A DNA stretch of 34,601 nt from Octopus sinensis (taxonomy: Eukaryota): the NCBI RefSeq assembly GCF_006345805.1, contig NW_021832048.1:1-34601 (forward strand). Reading direction: 5' to 3'. This document shows positions 24,741 to 34,601 of the stretch, piece by piece. A program made the position numbers and the translations under genes. A model generated the notes under the pieces. That model was not told where the DNA came from, searched no databases, and saw only the letters and a list, made by a program, of their open reading frames with translations. Positions within the stretch are counted from its first letter, which is position 1; each line of letters opens with the position of its first letter.

Positions 24741-25800
24741 TAATATACATAAATGCATAAACACAAACACAAGCATTTATCCATGTAAATATACATTTAT
24801 ACAGGCAAATTATATGTTCTTATGTATCAACACATTTATGAAGAACACTGTACGTATAATGTATGTGTGCTTATGTATGCGCCGTTCGGGAATCCGTCTG
24901 TATGAGTTTATGTGTGTGTGTGTATTTGAGTGTGTGTGTATTCGTCTGTTTGTATTATGCGTGTTTTGTGTGGTTTGTGTGTGTGTGTTTGTGTGTATAG
25001 AATGAGGAGGTCAGTTTGCCAAAAGTAAATGTTTGAAACGACCTGTGAACTCTCAAAATGTCTTCCATGAAAACAATCAACGCTGCCTCTATTACAATGA
25101 ATGTCATTACTGTCTCTACCGCCAGCTCCACCGTTTATAAAATCTTCATCACTTTACTATCGCCAACCACACCGTCCACACCGATCTCCGTTATACACGG
25201 ACACTGTTGTATGTTATATGTTCGTATCCCATGATGCAGTTGTTAAAATTCTCTTACATCATCACCACGTTCTTCCTTCACTCTTCAACTTTGAGAACAT
25301 TGTTTCATGGACGAGAGAAGCAAATTCAATGTTCGACAAATGGCAGGAGAAGGAGGAGGGAGAATTTCGAGTAGCGAAGGGGGCGATGGCGGCATTGATA
25401 GCTGGCTGGCTGGTTGGCAGGTTGGTTGGTTTGTAGATGTTCGAATAAGTTGAGGTCGATATGTCAGGAAATTACAGCATCTTGCAAAAGACGACAGGAC
25501 ACAAAACAACACGTTACCATTCTGAATGTAGCAGTGGAAACAAGCATAATCACGTTAGCCAACATAAATAACGGCCGTAGTTCCTGAAACAAAATGTTTG
25601 CAGTGACAAGAGAATTTGGCACTTAGCAAGGAAACTTTCCAAAAGTACTTGTTGACATTTCGGCTGGAAATATATTGATGCCAGCGGATGCTACTTATTC
25701 TCAGTATTGAAATATAAATATCTTGTTAATCCAGCAAAACCAATATTAAATAAATCTTAGATTAATTGTTTGGGCAGCTTGACACCTTTCTACTGTTGCC

Positions 25801-26092
25801 ACGCGCGCGCGCACACACATACACATTTATGCATACATACATACATACATATATATACATATATATATATACATATACATATAATAATTATTATTTGAGG
25901 GAATAAAATCCAAACTTACAAAGTTACTTATATATAGACATCTACTAAGTTACTGATATATATGATATATATATATGAATATATATATATCTATATACAT
26001 ATATATATATTATATATATATATATATACATATATACATAGATATACATCTATATATATATATATGTATATATATATATGTATGTATATATG

Positions 26093-26132
<40 letters not shown>

Positions 26133-26202
26133 TATAATATATATATATATATATACTATACATATAATATACATATATATACATATATATAAAATATATA
26201 TA
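25801..26202. repeat. (TA)n/(TACA)n-rich tract
   Basis: Directly visible. Confidence 0.9.
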
Positions 26203-26872
26203 TGAACAGGTTTTCGTATCTTGTTTATTTATCTTTGTTATATGCTATAAAGCATTCTTTGTATAAGATAGAGACATGTTTACCGTTTATTGAACAACTG
26301 CTTGTTAGGAATTTGTAGATACCATTGTCAGGAATGTAACACGTGCTAATCCAAATACGCAGTATTCAGTGGTGCAACTGCCCTAATATAACTTTCGTCA
26401 TATACTTCCCTAAAGAAGCGTGATTTACGGTTGCAGAATGTTGAGTTCTTGAAAACTACTGTAATGCATTGTTCAAAGTTATCTTTCGAATTCTTTCTTT
26501 TCACAAATTCTTCAAGTGTCTTTTCGGCAATTTACTCTTCACACACTTAAATACTTCAATTCATATAAGCATCCTAACACACACACTCTCTCTCTTCCTT
26601 TCTTTCTTTCTTTCTTTCTTTCTTTTTCTTTCTTTCTTTCTTTCTTCGTTTCTTTCTTTCTTTCTTTCTTTCTGTCTCGCTCTCCCACTGTCTCTATTTC
26701 TTTGTCTGTCAGTCTCTACTCTCTCTTTCTCTCCCTCTCTCTCCCCTTCCTCTCTTTTACCCCCACTCTTTTCACAAATGCTGCCGAGAGTGAAGTGGAA
26801 GCGGTAATCGATTCTCACTGAAAAAGGCATTTCTTATTTCTCAGTCAAATGTAAAGAACTGATTCTATAGCC

Positions 26873-27305
26873 AAAATCGCTAATTTTCAAATATCCTTAT
26901 GCCGTCCAATTCCATACAGTTTATTCACCTAATCCCATCCAGATTCTGGATAATCGCGACCTGCTACTAGCCATTGTGATTTAAGAAGAGAAGTGTATAG
27001 TGCTGCCATATTTGCCAATTCAGTGACAAGAGCCAACGTGAATGAGAACTTCTATGTAGTCATAGGACATATCAGAAATAGCAGCTAAAATATCTCAAAC
27101 CAATCACTATCATCTGAAAATGGGAAGGAAATATTCGCCGATGTACTTATAGACATGAAAAAAAAATAGACTAGTTGCCTGTAATAACTTTGAGCGGATG
27201 TGATATATATATATATATTTCTAAATCGTCAAATTTTTCAATATGCTAGTCCCCTGGTTTTAAATTGATATTAATCAAATTAATATTCAATTATTCACCC
27301 TTATT

Positions 27306-27351
<46 letters not shown>

Positions 27352-27824
27352 ATAATACATATTAGGGATATAAATTGCTAATTTTCAAATATCCTTATGC
27401 CGTCCAATCCATACAGTTTATTCACCTAATCCCATCCAGATTCTGGATAATCGCGACTGCTACTAGCCATGTGATTTAAGAAGAGAAGTGTATGTGCTGC
27501 CATATTTGCCATTCAGTGACAAGAGCCAACGTGTGAGAACCTAGTGGTAGTCATAGGACTATCAGAATAGCAGCTAAAAATATCTCAAACCAATCACCTC
27601 ATCTGAAAATGGGAAGGAAATATTCGCCGATTACTTATAGACATGAAAAAAAAATAGACTAGTTGCCTGTAATAACTTTGAGCGGAGTGTGATAATATAT
27701 ATATATTTCGAAATCGTCAAAATTTTTCAATATGCTAGTCCCCTGGTTTTAATTGATATTAATCAAAATTATATTCAATTATTCACCCTTATTATTGATA
27801 TATATATATAATTATATATATATA

Positions 27825-27864
<40 letters not shown>

Positions 27865-27880
27865 CATATTAGGAATAAAT
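26873..27880. repeat. Tandem duplication with a ~500-bp unit
   Basis: 26873-27372 is repeated at 27373-27880; the second copy has many 1-bp deletions. Confidence 0.85.
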
Positions 27881-28294
27881 CCAACTTACAGGGGAAAAAT
27901 CAGATTAGGATTGAATCCAATTTTTATAGTAAACTATTATATTAATTATATTAATTATATATTTTTAATAATTTTGTTTATTATTTAAATAATATAAATT
28001 AACATATGTATTGGCTTAAGTTTTTCATTGTTCGATTGCCTAATAGTGGTTTTGTCTCTATTTAATATAATATTATATATATATCTATATATCTTATATA
28101 TATATATATATCTATATACAATAATAAATATAGGGAATAAATCAAATTCTACAGGGAAAAGGAAAAAATCAGATTTAGGATTAAATAGTTATAGTAAAAT
28201 ATTATAAAATATTATTCGAGACAAAACCACTATTTTGCAAAACAAAAGGAAGACTTAATCAATACATAAATTTTAATAAATAGTCAAAAAACCG

Positions 28295-28337
28295 CCACTA
28301 CAATCGTTTCTTGTCTTGATCGACAATCTTCAGGTGG
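28295..28337 (-). ncRNA. Minimal type I hammerhead ribozyme (Penelope-like)
   Basis: The reverse complement reads CCAC-CTGAAGA-TTGTC(GATCAA)GACAA-GAAA-CGATTG-TA-GTGG. Confidence 0.8.
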
Positions 28338-28393
28338 ACTTCAAATTCAGTGTCAAATTATGAGTCATAATTTGACACTGAATTATTGGAAGT

Positions 28394-28441
28394 CCACCTG
28401 AAGATTGTCGATCAAGACAAGAAGAAAAACGATTGTAGTGG
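28394..28441 (+). ncRNA. Disrupted mirror copy of the hammerhead ribozyme
   Basis: Same motif as 28295-28337, but GAAA is replaced by GAAGAAAAA (5 extra nt). Confidence 0.6.
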
Positions 28442-29221
28442 CGGTTTTTTGACTATTTATTAAAAATTATGTATTGATTAAGTCTTTCCTTGTTTGTTTT
28501 GCAAAATAGTGGTTTTGTCTCGAATAATATTTTATATAATATATATATATATATATATGCATGTATATGTGCGTAATATGCATACATATACATATACATA
28601 CATTTATATATGTGTGTGTGTGTGTGTTTAATACAGGTATGTATTTATTTATGTATGTCTTTATAAATTACTTTCTGAAGGCAATTATTTTTACAGTGAA
28701 GTGCTTTCTGTACATTTATTAATCACTTGGAATTAGAAGTTACCCTAACAAGTATTTGTGTAGAAGCAGATTAAGGCGATCAATAAAATATAACCAGCTA
28801 CTTAACACTTTGACCGCTACAAAATTTCAACTTATGACCGTATGGTTAGAAAGCTCAACTCTTTTAATCACACCAATTTTGTGTATCTCAGAAGGTTACT
28901 CTTTCTCTAATCCAATTAGCTACTCTTGCGAACTATATTTTATTTATAGTCAGAAGAATTTGGCAATTTAAGCTACATTAATGCAAATTACGTTGCAATA
29001 AAGCGTTTATCTGTAATTATCTTGTCCATTTCAATGTGATATCTGTCATAAAGTTTCACCCAATCATTTAATACTTGCTTTCACAAAATTGCAACCGACA
29101 AAGGTCCCTTCCGATGTTAATTATACTGTAATATTGACATGGTAATCTTGATGTGTCCGACAAGCAAAGAACCGAACGAGGGTAGGTTCCAGTAGAGCAT
29201 GGTTTTCAGTATGGAACCATA

Positions 29222-29606
29222 TACTCTTTACTCTTTTACTCTTTTTTTTTTGTTTCAGTCATTTGACTGCGGCCATGCTGGAGCACCGCCTTCAATCGAG
29301 CAACTCGACCCCGGGACTTATTCTTTTGTAAGCCCAGTACTTATTCCATCGGTCTCGTTTGCCGAACCGCTAAGTAACGGGTACATAAACACACCAGCAT
29401 CGGTTGTCAAGCAATGCTAGGGGGACAAACACAGACACACAAACACACACACACCACATATATATATATATACATATATACGACGGGCTTCTTTCAGTTT
29501 CCATCTACCAAATCCGCTCACAAGGCTTTGGTCGGCCCGAGGCTATAGTAGAAGGCACTTGCCCAAGGTGCCACGCCGTGGGACTGCACACAGCCACTCC
29601 TGCGCC
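29222..29606 (-). mobile_element. tRNA-derived SINE, family A, with an internal deletion in the head
   Basis: Reverse-complement match to 208-612, ending CTCCTGCGCC. Confidence 0.85.
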
Positions 29607-29741
29607 TATGGAGTGAAATTAGTACACCATTTAGAGAAAACATGACCAAATCCTCCCAAACAGTTGTAAATCTCAAGTTCGTTTGTGTTGAAAACCTTGA
29701 TCCACTTTAACACTAACTGCAACACAGCAATCGGCCTAGAC

Positions 29742-29895
29742 CAGTGGTGTAATAAAAGTGAGAGCCCACCCAAACCAAGCCAAACCAATAGAACCTACAA
29801 AGGCAAAATCTGTATAGCCGACCCAAAAGTGTCACCCACTTAAAAGCGTCACCTGGGGTGGACCGTCCGCACGCCCAAAATTTGCTGTGCTACTG
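29742..29895. mobile_element. Possible decayed hAT-type MITE
   Basis: Termini CAGTGGTGTA and TGTGCTACTG. The 8-bp flanks GCCTAGAC and GCATAAAT match at 5 of 8 positions. Confidence 0.35.
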
Positions 29896-29989
29896 GCATA
29901 AATGTCATTCTGATGATTGCATCGCATTATATCTAGTGGAATCATTTTAAAGGCGCTGTATAATCTACTCGGCTGTATATCAAATGTTC

Positions 29990-30375
29990 GTGGAGGCGCA
30001 ATGGCCCAGTGGTTAGGGCAGTGGACTCGCGGTCGGAGGATCGCGGTTTCGATTCACAGACCGGGCGTTGTGAGTGTTTATTGAGCGAAAACATTTACAA
30101 GCTCCACGAGGCTCCGGCAGGGGGTGGTGGTGAACCCTGCTGTACTCTTTCACCACAACTTTCTCTCACTCTTACTTCCTGTTTCTGTTGTACCTGTATT
30201 TCAAAGGGCCAGCCTTGTCACACTCTGTGTCACGCTGAATCTCCTCGAGAACTACGTTAAGGGTGCACGTGTCTGTGGAGTGCTCAGCCACTTGCACGTT
30301 AATATCAAGAGCAAGCTGTTCCGTTGATCGTATCAGCTGGGACCCTCATCGTCGCAACCGACGGAATGCTCCAAG
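29990..30375 (+). mobile_element. tRNA-derived SINE, family C (octopus OR1-like; name tentative), with TSD
   Basis: A-box TGGCCCAGTGG and B-box-like GGTTTCGATTC. 13-bp TSD ATATCAAATGTTC at 29977-29989 and 30376-30388. Confidence 0.85.
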
Positions 30376-30769
30376 ATATCAAATGTTCTAAAATTCTATC
30401 GTTGTAAGTTTTAATTGCTTTGTGGAATTGGCGAATGAATTTTAATAGAACAAAATTTGACTTGTAATTTTCTAACTTACAAGGGTTAATCCGCTCCTTT
30501 TTCTTTCTCTGGAGAGGATTTTCTCAAATCGAAATAAAATGAATGAGCGAGAAAGAAATTAGGAAGTGTCACAGAATACTTCATCTCAATTATTTTTCAG
30601 TGGGATGTACGCAGTGTGATATCAGAATAAGGTTCCTCATTCATGAACTTCCAAATGCCAAAAGATAAATTTGACAAGGAAGAATTGGAATTTCGACTAT
30701 GATATCAGGATTCTTTTAGCATGTATTTCGTTGTTATTATTACTATTATTATTATTATTGTTATTATTA

Positions 30770-30815
<46 letters not shown>

Positions 30816-30816
<1 letters not shown>

Positions 30817-31138
30817 TATGTATGACTTTTGCTTTATATTTGTACAAGTTGACTCCAAGTCTCACCCAGAGACTTCAAGAGACAACAGGTTGGAAGTTCA
30901 TGTTGTTGTTATGCCTAGTGTGCCATATATTTGGGGGGGGGGTTGTACTAATGAATGTCTAAAAAAAAAAAATTCTTTTTTTACAAAAAAAACGAAAATT
31001 ATGTTTGTTTTAAACCTTGAGATTACATAGAAAGTATTTTCCGTAGGATATAAGCAGTTCCCATGAGCACTAACTTCTGAATTTCTGCCATTTTTGGGTT
31101 TCCTGGTATCTGAGTTAGGTTTCCTGGTATCTGAGTTA
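30816..31138 (-). mobile_element. R4/Dong-like LINE 3' end (family 1)
   Basis: Encodes LTQIPGNPKMAEIQKLVLMGTAYILRKILSM*. Homologous to 22108-22358 and flanked by (TAA)n on both sides. Confidence 0.8.
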
Positions 31139-31162
31139 TTATTTATTATTATTATTATTATT

Positions 31163-31193
<31 letters not shown>

Positions 31194-31261
31194 CTGCTGT
31201 TGTTGTTGCTGTTGTTGCTGTTGTTGTTGTTGTTATTGTTGTTGTTGTTGCTGTTGCTGTT

Positions 31262-31436
31262 GTCGTTGGCTTTGCTTAGCTTCTAACGCTGGAGATGTAC
31301 TATAGTGTCGGCTGTTCACTACCAGTGAACTAAGGTAACACCTCTTATTTTTCAATCTCCTTCCGGAGTATTCGAGAGGTTCCAAGCAGTGCTGTTTTCT
31401 GCAAGTGCTCCACACTTATTGCATCCCCTATTTCTT
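31262..31436 (-). mobile_element. R4/Dong-like LINE 3' end (family 3)
   Basis: Encodes ISVEHLQKTALLGTSRILRKEIEK*. Flanked by (CAA)/(TAA) tracts. Confidence 0.75.
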
Positions 31437-31472
31437 ATATTATTTTTATCCTTATTATTATTATTATTATTA

Positions 31473-31517
<45 letters not shown>

Positions 31518-31525
31518 TATTATTA

Positions 31526-31561
<36 letters not shown>

Positions 31562-31562
<1 letters not shown>

Positions 31563-31634
31563 GTGACTGTCTGCAATCGAACTCGGAATCTTGAGGTTAG
31601 TTGCCCGCGCTCTTAACCACTATGCCATATGCCC
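31562..31634 (-). mobile_element. Short tRNA-head SINE with (AAT)n tail
   Basis: Reverse complement GGGCATATGGCATAGTGGTTAAGAGCGCGGG...GAGTTCGATT has A and B boxes but no intact acceptor stem. Confidence 0.6.
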
Positions 31635-32012
31635 GCGATGAACGACTGGAGGGTATATCAGCCGAAACGCTGTATTAGCAACACACAAGTTGAGGACAAA
31701 TATCCGTGAAATGTAAATAATGTAAATAACGCACACAATTCTTCATCTCTTAAATATAATAATGTAAATAATGTACACAATTCTTCATCTCTTAAATATA
31801 GAACTGAAAGAGTCAGAAGTCAGCACAAATTCCATGTTTGAACTGAAGAACTTTATTTGTAGATAGTCTAAAAGCTTAGATTTCTACATTTTTCGGAAAA
31901 TTCTAAGTCTTGTTCAACCTTTACTGATGCCGAGTTTAATATCTGCTTCTGAGAGGATTTACTGGTTTAGCGAAGCAGCAAACAGTGACTACACACACAC
32001 ACACACACACTC

Positions 32013-32052
<40 letters not shown>

Positions 32053-32125
32053 TCGCACTCACACACACACACATACACACACATGCATATACACATGCAA
32101 TTTATAATGATGTATATATAATATA

Positions 32126-32830
32126 TCTGATATATTATAAAATTCAGTCTGTGTGTGTGTGAGTGTGTGTGTTTTTCCTCTATGCACAGCCAAACCGCTG
32201 GAACAATCTGAGCCAAATGTGGCATGAAGATTTGTCATTTCTCGGGGAAGTTTCTGGGTGTGGGTCAAATTTTGGCCCTTGCCCATACGTCCCTTCCAAT
32301 TAGCCCCCACCCATACGTCCCTTCCATTGTTTTCTTTTCAGCGGTATAAAATTGTTTAACTTTTAATAACTCTATAGTATGGCTCATACTACATGCATAA
32401 AACAGCTTACAAAAATAGAGGTTAATATATAACTTTCTTCTATGCTCGTAATTTTTGTTTACAATATTGAAAGATGCCACCAAAAGAAAAGATGTAATCT
32501 CTGCATAAACAATTATAAAGCAAGGAGAGTCTCAAGAGAAAAATAGAGATGAAACTTTCTTAAGATCGGCAAACGCATGCTACAGCGCATCAAATGGAGT
32601 CTCATGACACAAGCGAGATGCGGCTTTCTCAGCACCAGGAAAGGCACGCTGCAGTCTCAATACAGAAGGCAGTTGAGACTTTCCCTAACATAAGGAAATG
32701 CATGCTACAGCGCATCAAATGGAGTCTCAAGAGAGAAGCGAGATGAGAATTTCCAAAGACCAGTAAAAGGAAAGCTGTGGCACGTCAGATGGAGTCTGAA
32801 TACAGAAGAGAAATGCGACTTTCTTCAAAT
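32126..32830 (+). mobile_element. Helitron 5' portion with decayed ~23-codon (STPR-like) repeats
   Basis: 5' TC..TATATTATAAAA followed by (TG)n. ~70-nt repeats anchored on AGTCT at 32527, 32597, 32652, 32722 and 32792 encode HATAHQMESQERSEMR-like units. Confidence 0.6.
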
Positions 32831-32890
32831 TTTCAAATGAAACTAATGGCAGGCGCTGCTCAGGTGGTAAGGTAAAATCTTACGAAAATG

Positions 32891-33012
32891 CTATTCATGG
32901 AGCATTTCATACTCTCTCCATCCAAACACAAAAATATCCTGGACCTCTGTTTTACAAACAACGTGGAAATTATCCACAACATAAATACATCACCGACAAT
33001 ATTCTCAGACCA
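32891..33012 (+). pseudogene. LINE AP-endonuclease C-terminal fragment (CR1/L2-like)
   Basis: MEHFILSPSKHKNILDLCFTNNVEIIHNINTSPTIFSD matches the APE motif ILDLxFTN...SDH. Confidence 0.7.
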
Positions 33013-33075
33013 AACTAGGTAAATAGAAACCTTCGAACAGAGACGTCAGTGGCGACACCTGCGGGGTCTGACTGC

Positions 33076-33117
33076 GCTACATTGACAAGGGGCAATACCC
33101 CGAAACGCGTCTGTAGC
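33076..33117 (+). ncRNA. Type I hammerhead ribozyme with U3-A8 core variant
   Basis: Stem I GCTACA/TGTAGC; core TTGACAA; stem II GGGG-CAATA-CCCC; GAAA; palindromic stem III CGCG; GUC cleavage triplet with the cut after 33111. Confidence 0.8.
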
Positions 33118-33579
33118 TGTCGGACTGGCAGTGTGAAGCGGCTGACCTCCCTTGTTCGAAGGTTATAATGGATACAGATCGTGTATCAATAGCTATCTTA
33201 AGGCGGTGGCCTCATGGAGCTGACTAGCGGCAGCGATTATTCTTATATCTATAAGAATGCCATATTAATATGGCGATAACAATTAATTAAGAATGAATGG
33301 CCCGGAATTAACTAAAAATAAACTGCACACAGATGGCGCTCAAAAACCTCTCCATGCAAGATGGAGATATGGAACTAAATAAATTAATGTCATATCTGTG
33401 TCAAAACCTTTGTGTTCAGGGAAAATTTGTGGTTTGGTCATTTTAACTGCTATATTTAGCATGTCAGTACTACTTACTTGTGCGCTTAATTATTCATTGA
33501 TACGTATCTTACCGTTATGGATTTTTGGCTAAGCCACGGATAATATTATAAACAATAATATCTTCATACATAAATATGT

Positions 33580-34144
33580 ATTCTTTTATTCTTTTGCTTG
33601 TTTCAGTCATTTGACTGCGGCCAGGCTGGAGCACAGTCTTTAGTCGAACAAATGTAAGCTTAGTACTTATTCTATCGAACTCTTTTGTCGAACTGCTAAG
33701 TTACGGGGACGTAGACACACTAGCATTGGTTGTGAAGGGATGTTGGGGGACAAACACAGACACAAAAATATGTATACACATACATACACATATATAATAT
33801 GCATATATATATATATAGATATATACACACACATATTATATATATATATATATATATATAATATATTATATATATATAATACACAACACACACACAATAT
33901 ATATATATATATAATATATATATATATAGCAATTAAGGACAACTACATCAGGCCTGCTGATGAATACGTAAGTATGAAATCATGTGATACAGGTATATAT
34001 TTTTTAAATGTCTTACTTTGAAAAATTGCATTCGGTGGGATTAGTAATATTTTGGTAGAAATGACTAATTGTCCCTCTTAGCGTGTGGCAGTATGTATAA
34101 TGCCCTCTATATATAATATAGTATATATATAAGATACATAGACA

Positions 34145-34192
<48 letters not shown>

Positions 34193-34390
34193 TATATAAT
34201 ATAATATATATAATATTATAATATATATATATATATATATGTATATACGACGTGTTTCTTTCAGTTTCCGTCTACCAAATCCAATCACAAGGCTTTGGTC
34301 GACCCGAGACTATAGAAGAAGACACTTGCCCAAGGTGCCACGCAGAGGGACTGAACTCAGAACCATGTTGTTGCGAAACAAGCTTCTTTT
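33580..34390 (-). mobile_element. tRNA-derived SINE, family A, split by expanded (TA)n and an HHR-bearing insert
   Basis: The 3' half (33580-33770) and 5' half (34245-34390) are collinear with 208-612 on the minus strand. Confidence 0.75.
33953..33993 (+). ncRNA. Minimal type I hammerhead ribozyme (Penelope-like)
   Basis: CCTG-CTGATGA-ATAC(GTAA)GTAT-GAAA-TCA(TG)TGA-TA-CAGG. All core nucleotides and all three stems are present; the predicted cut is after 33989. Confidence 0.85.
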
Positions 34391-34526
34391 CACGCTTGAT
34401 CTAAATCTATGTGTGTATGTATGCACACACCACACACACACACATATATATATACTTATGCACACACATATACACAGACACAGACACGCACACACATACA
34501 CACACATATATACAAATGTATATATA

Positions 34527-34601
34527 CTCTCTTTTACTTGTTTCAGTCATTTGACTGCGGCCATGCTGGACCACCGCCTTTAATCGAACAACTCGACCCC
34601 G
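34527..34601 (-). mobile_element. tRNA-derived SINE, family A, 3' end (runs off the window)
   Basis: CTCTTTTACTTGTTTCAGTCATTTGACTGCGGCCATGCTGG matches the other copies. Confidence 0.8.

Larger units (their letters stand above)
28204..28536. mobile_element. Near-perfect palindrome, probably inverted Penelope-like pseudo-LTRs
   Basis: Arms of about 160-170 bp mirrored about G28364 (...AAATTATGA-G-TCATAATTT...), each carrying an HHR. Embedded in (TA)n. Related fragments lie at about 25898, 27870-28075 and 28131-28200. Confidence 0.7.

Noticed and set aside
29992-30066. tRNA-like sequence
   Set aside because: It is the head of a SINE with a body and TSD, not a tRNA gene. The same applies at 208 and 31562.
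31635-31680. GATGA...CTG/CAG...CCGAAACG hammerhead remnant
   Set aside because: The 5' core and stem I are missing where the SINE head abuts, so it cannot be called a ribozyme.
32520-32830. CRISPR-like periodic repeats
   Set aside because: The context is eukaryotic and whole units are homologous, with no unique spacers or cas genes.

Overview
AT-rich, microsatellite-dense eukaryotic DNA, most likely from an octopus. This is inferred from its tRNA-derived SINE families and the extreme (TA)n/(AAT)n/(CA)n load. Almost all ORFs in the track are microsatellite or repeat artefacts. One real coding exon is recognisable, which the ORF track missed: 22813-22926 (+), VPGNFHVSTHS...MGHIIHEVRFG, matching ERGIC1. 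The window is therefore probably mostly long intron. The rest consists of tRNA-SINEs (several with target-site duplications), Helitron pieces, R4/Dong-type LINE 3' ends sitting in (TAA)n, a ~550-bp non-coding TAA-tailed repeat, palindromes and two local tandem duplications. The most interesting signal is a set of hammerhead ribozyme (HHR) motifs. These are a type I HHR with a compensatory U3-A8 core at the tip of a ~137-nt rod (33028-33164), an intact minimal HHR (33953-33993), and an inverted HHR pair in a ~330-bp palindrome (28204-28536). They point to Penelope-like or retrozyme elements. All calls were made by eye, without database searches.
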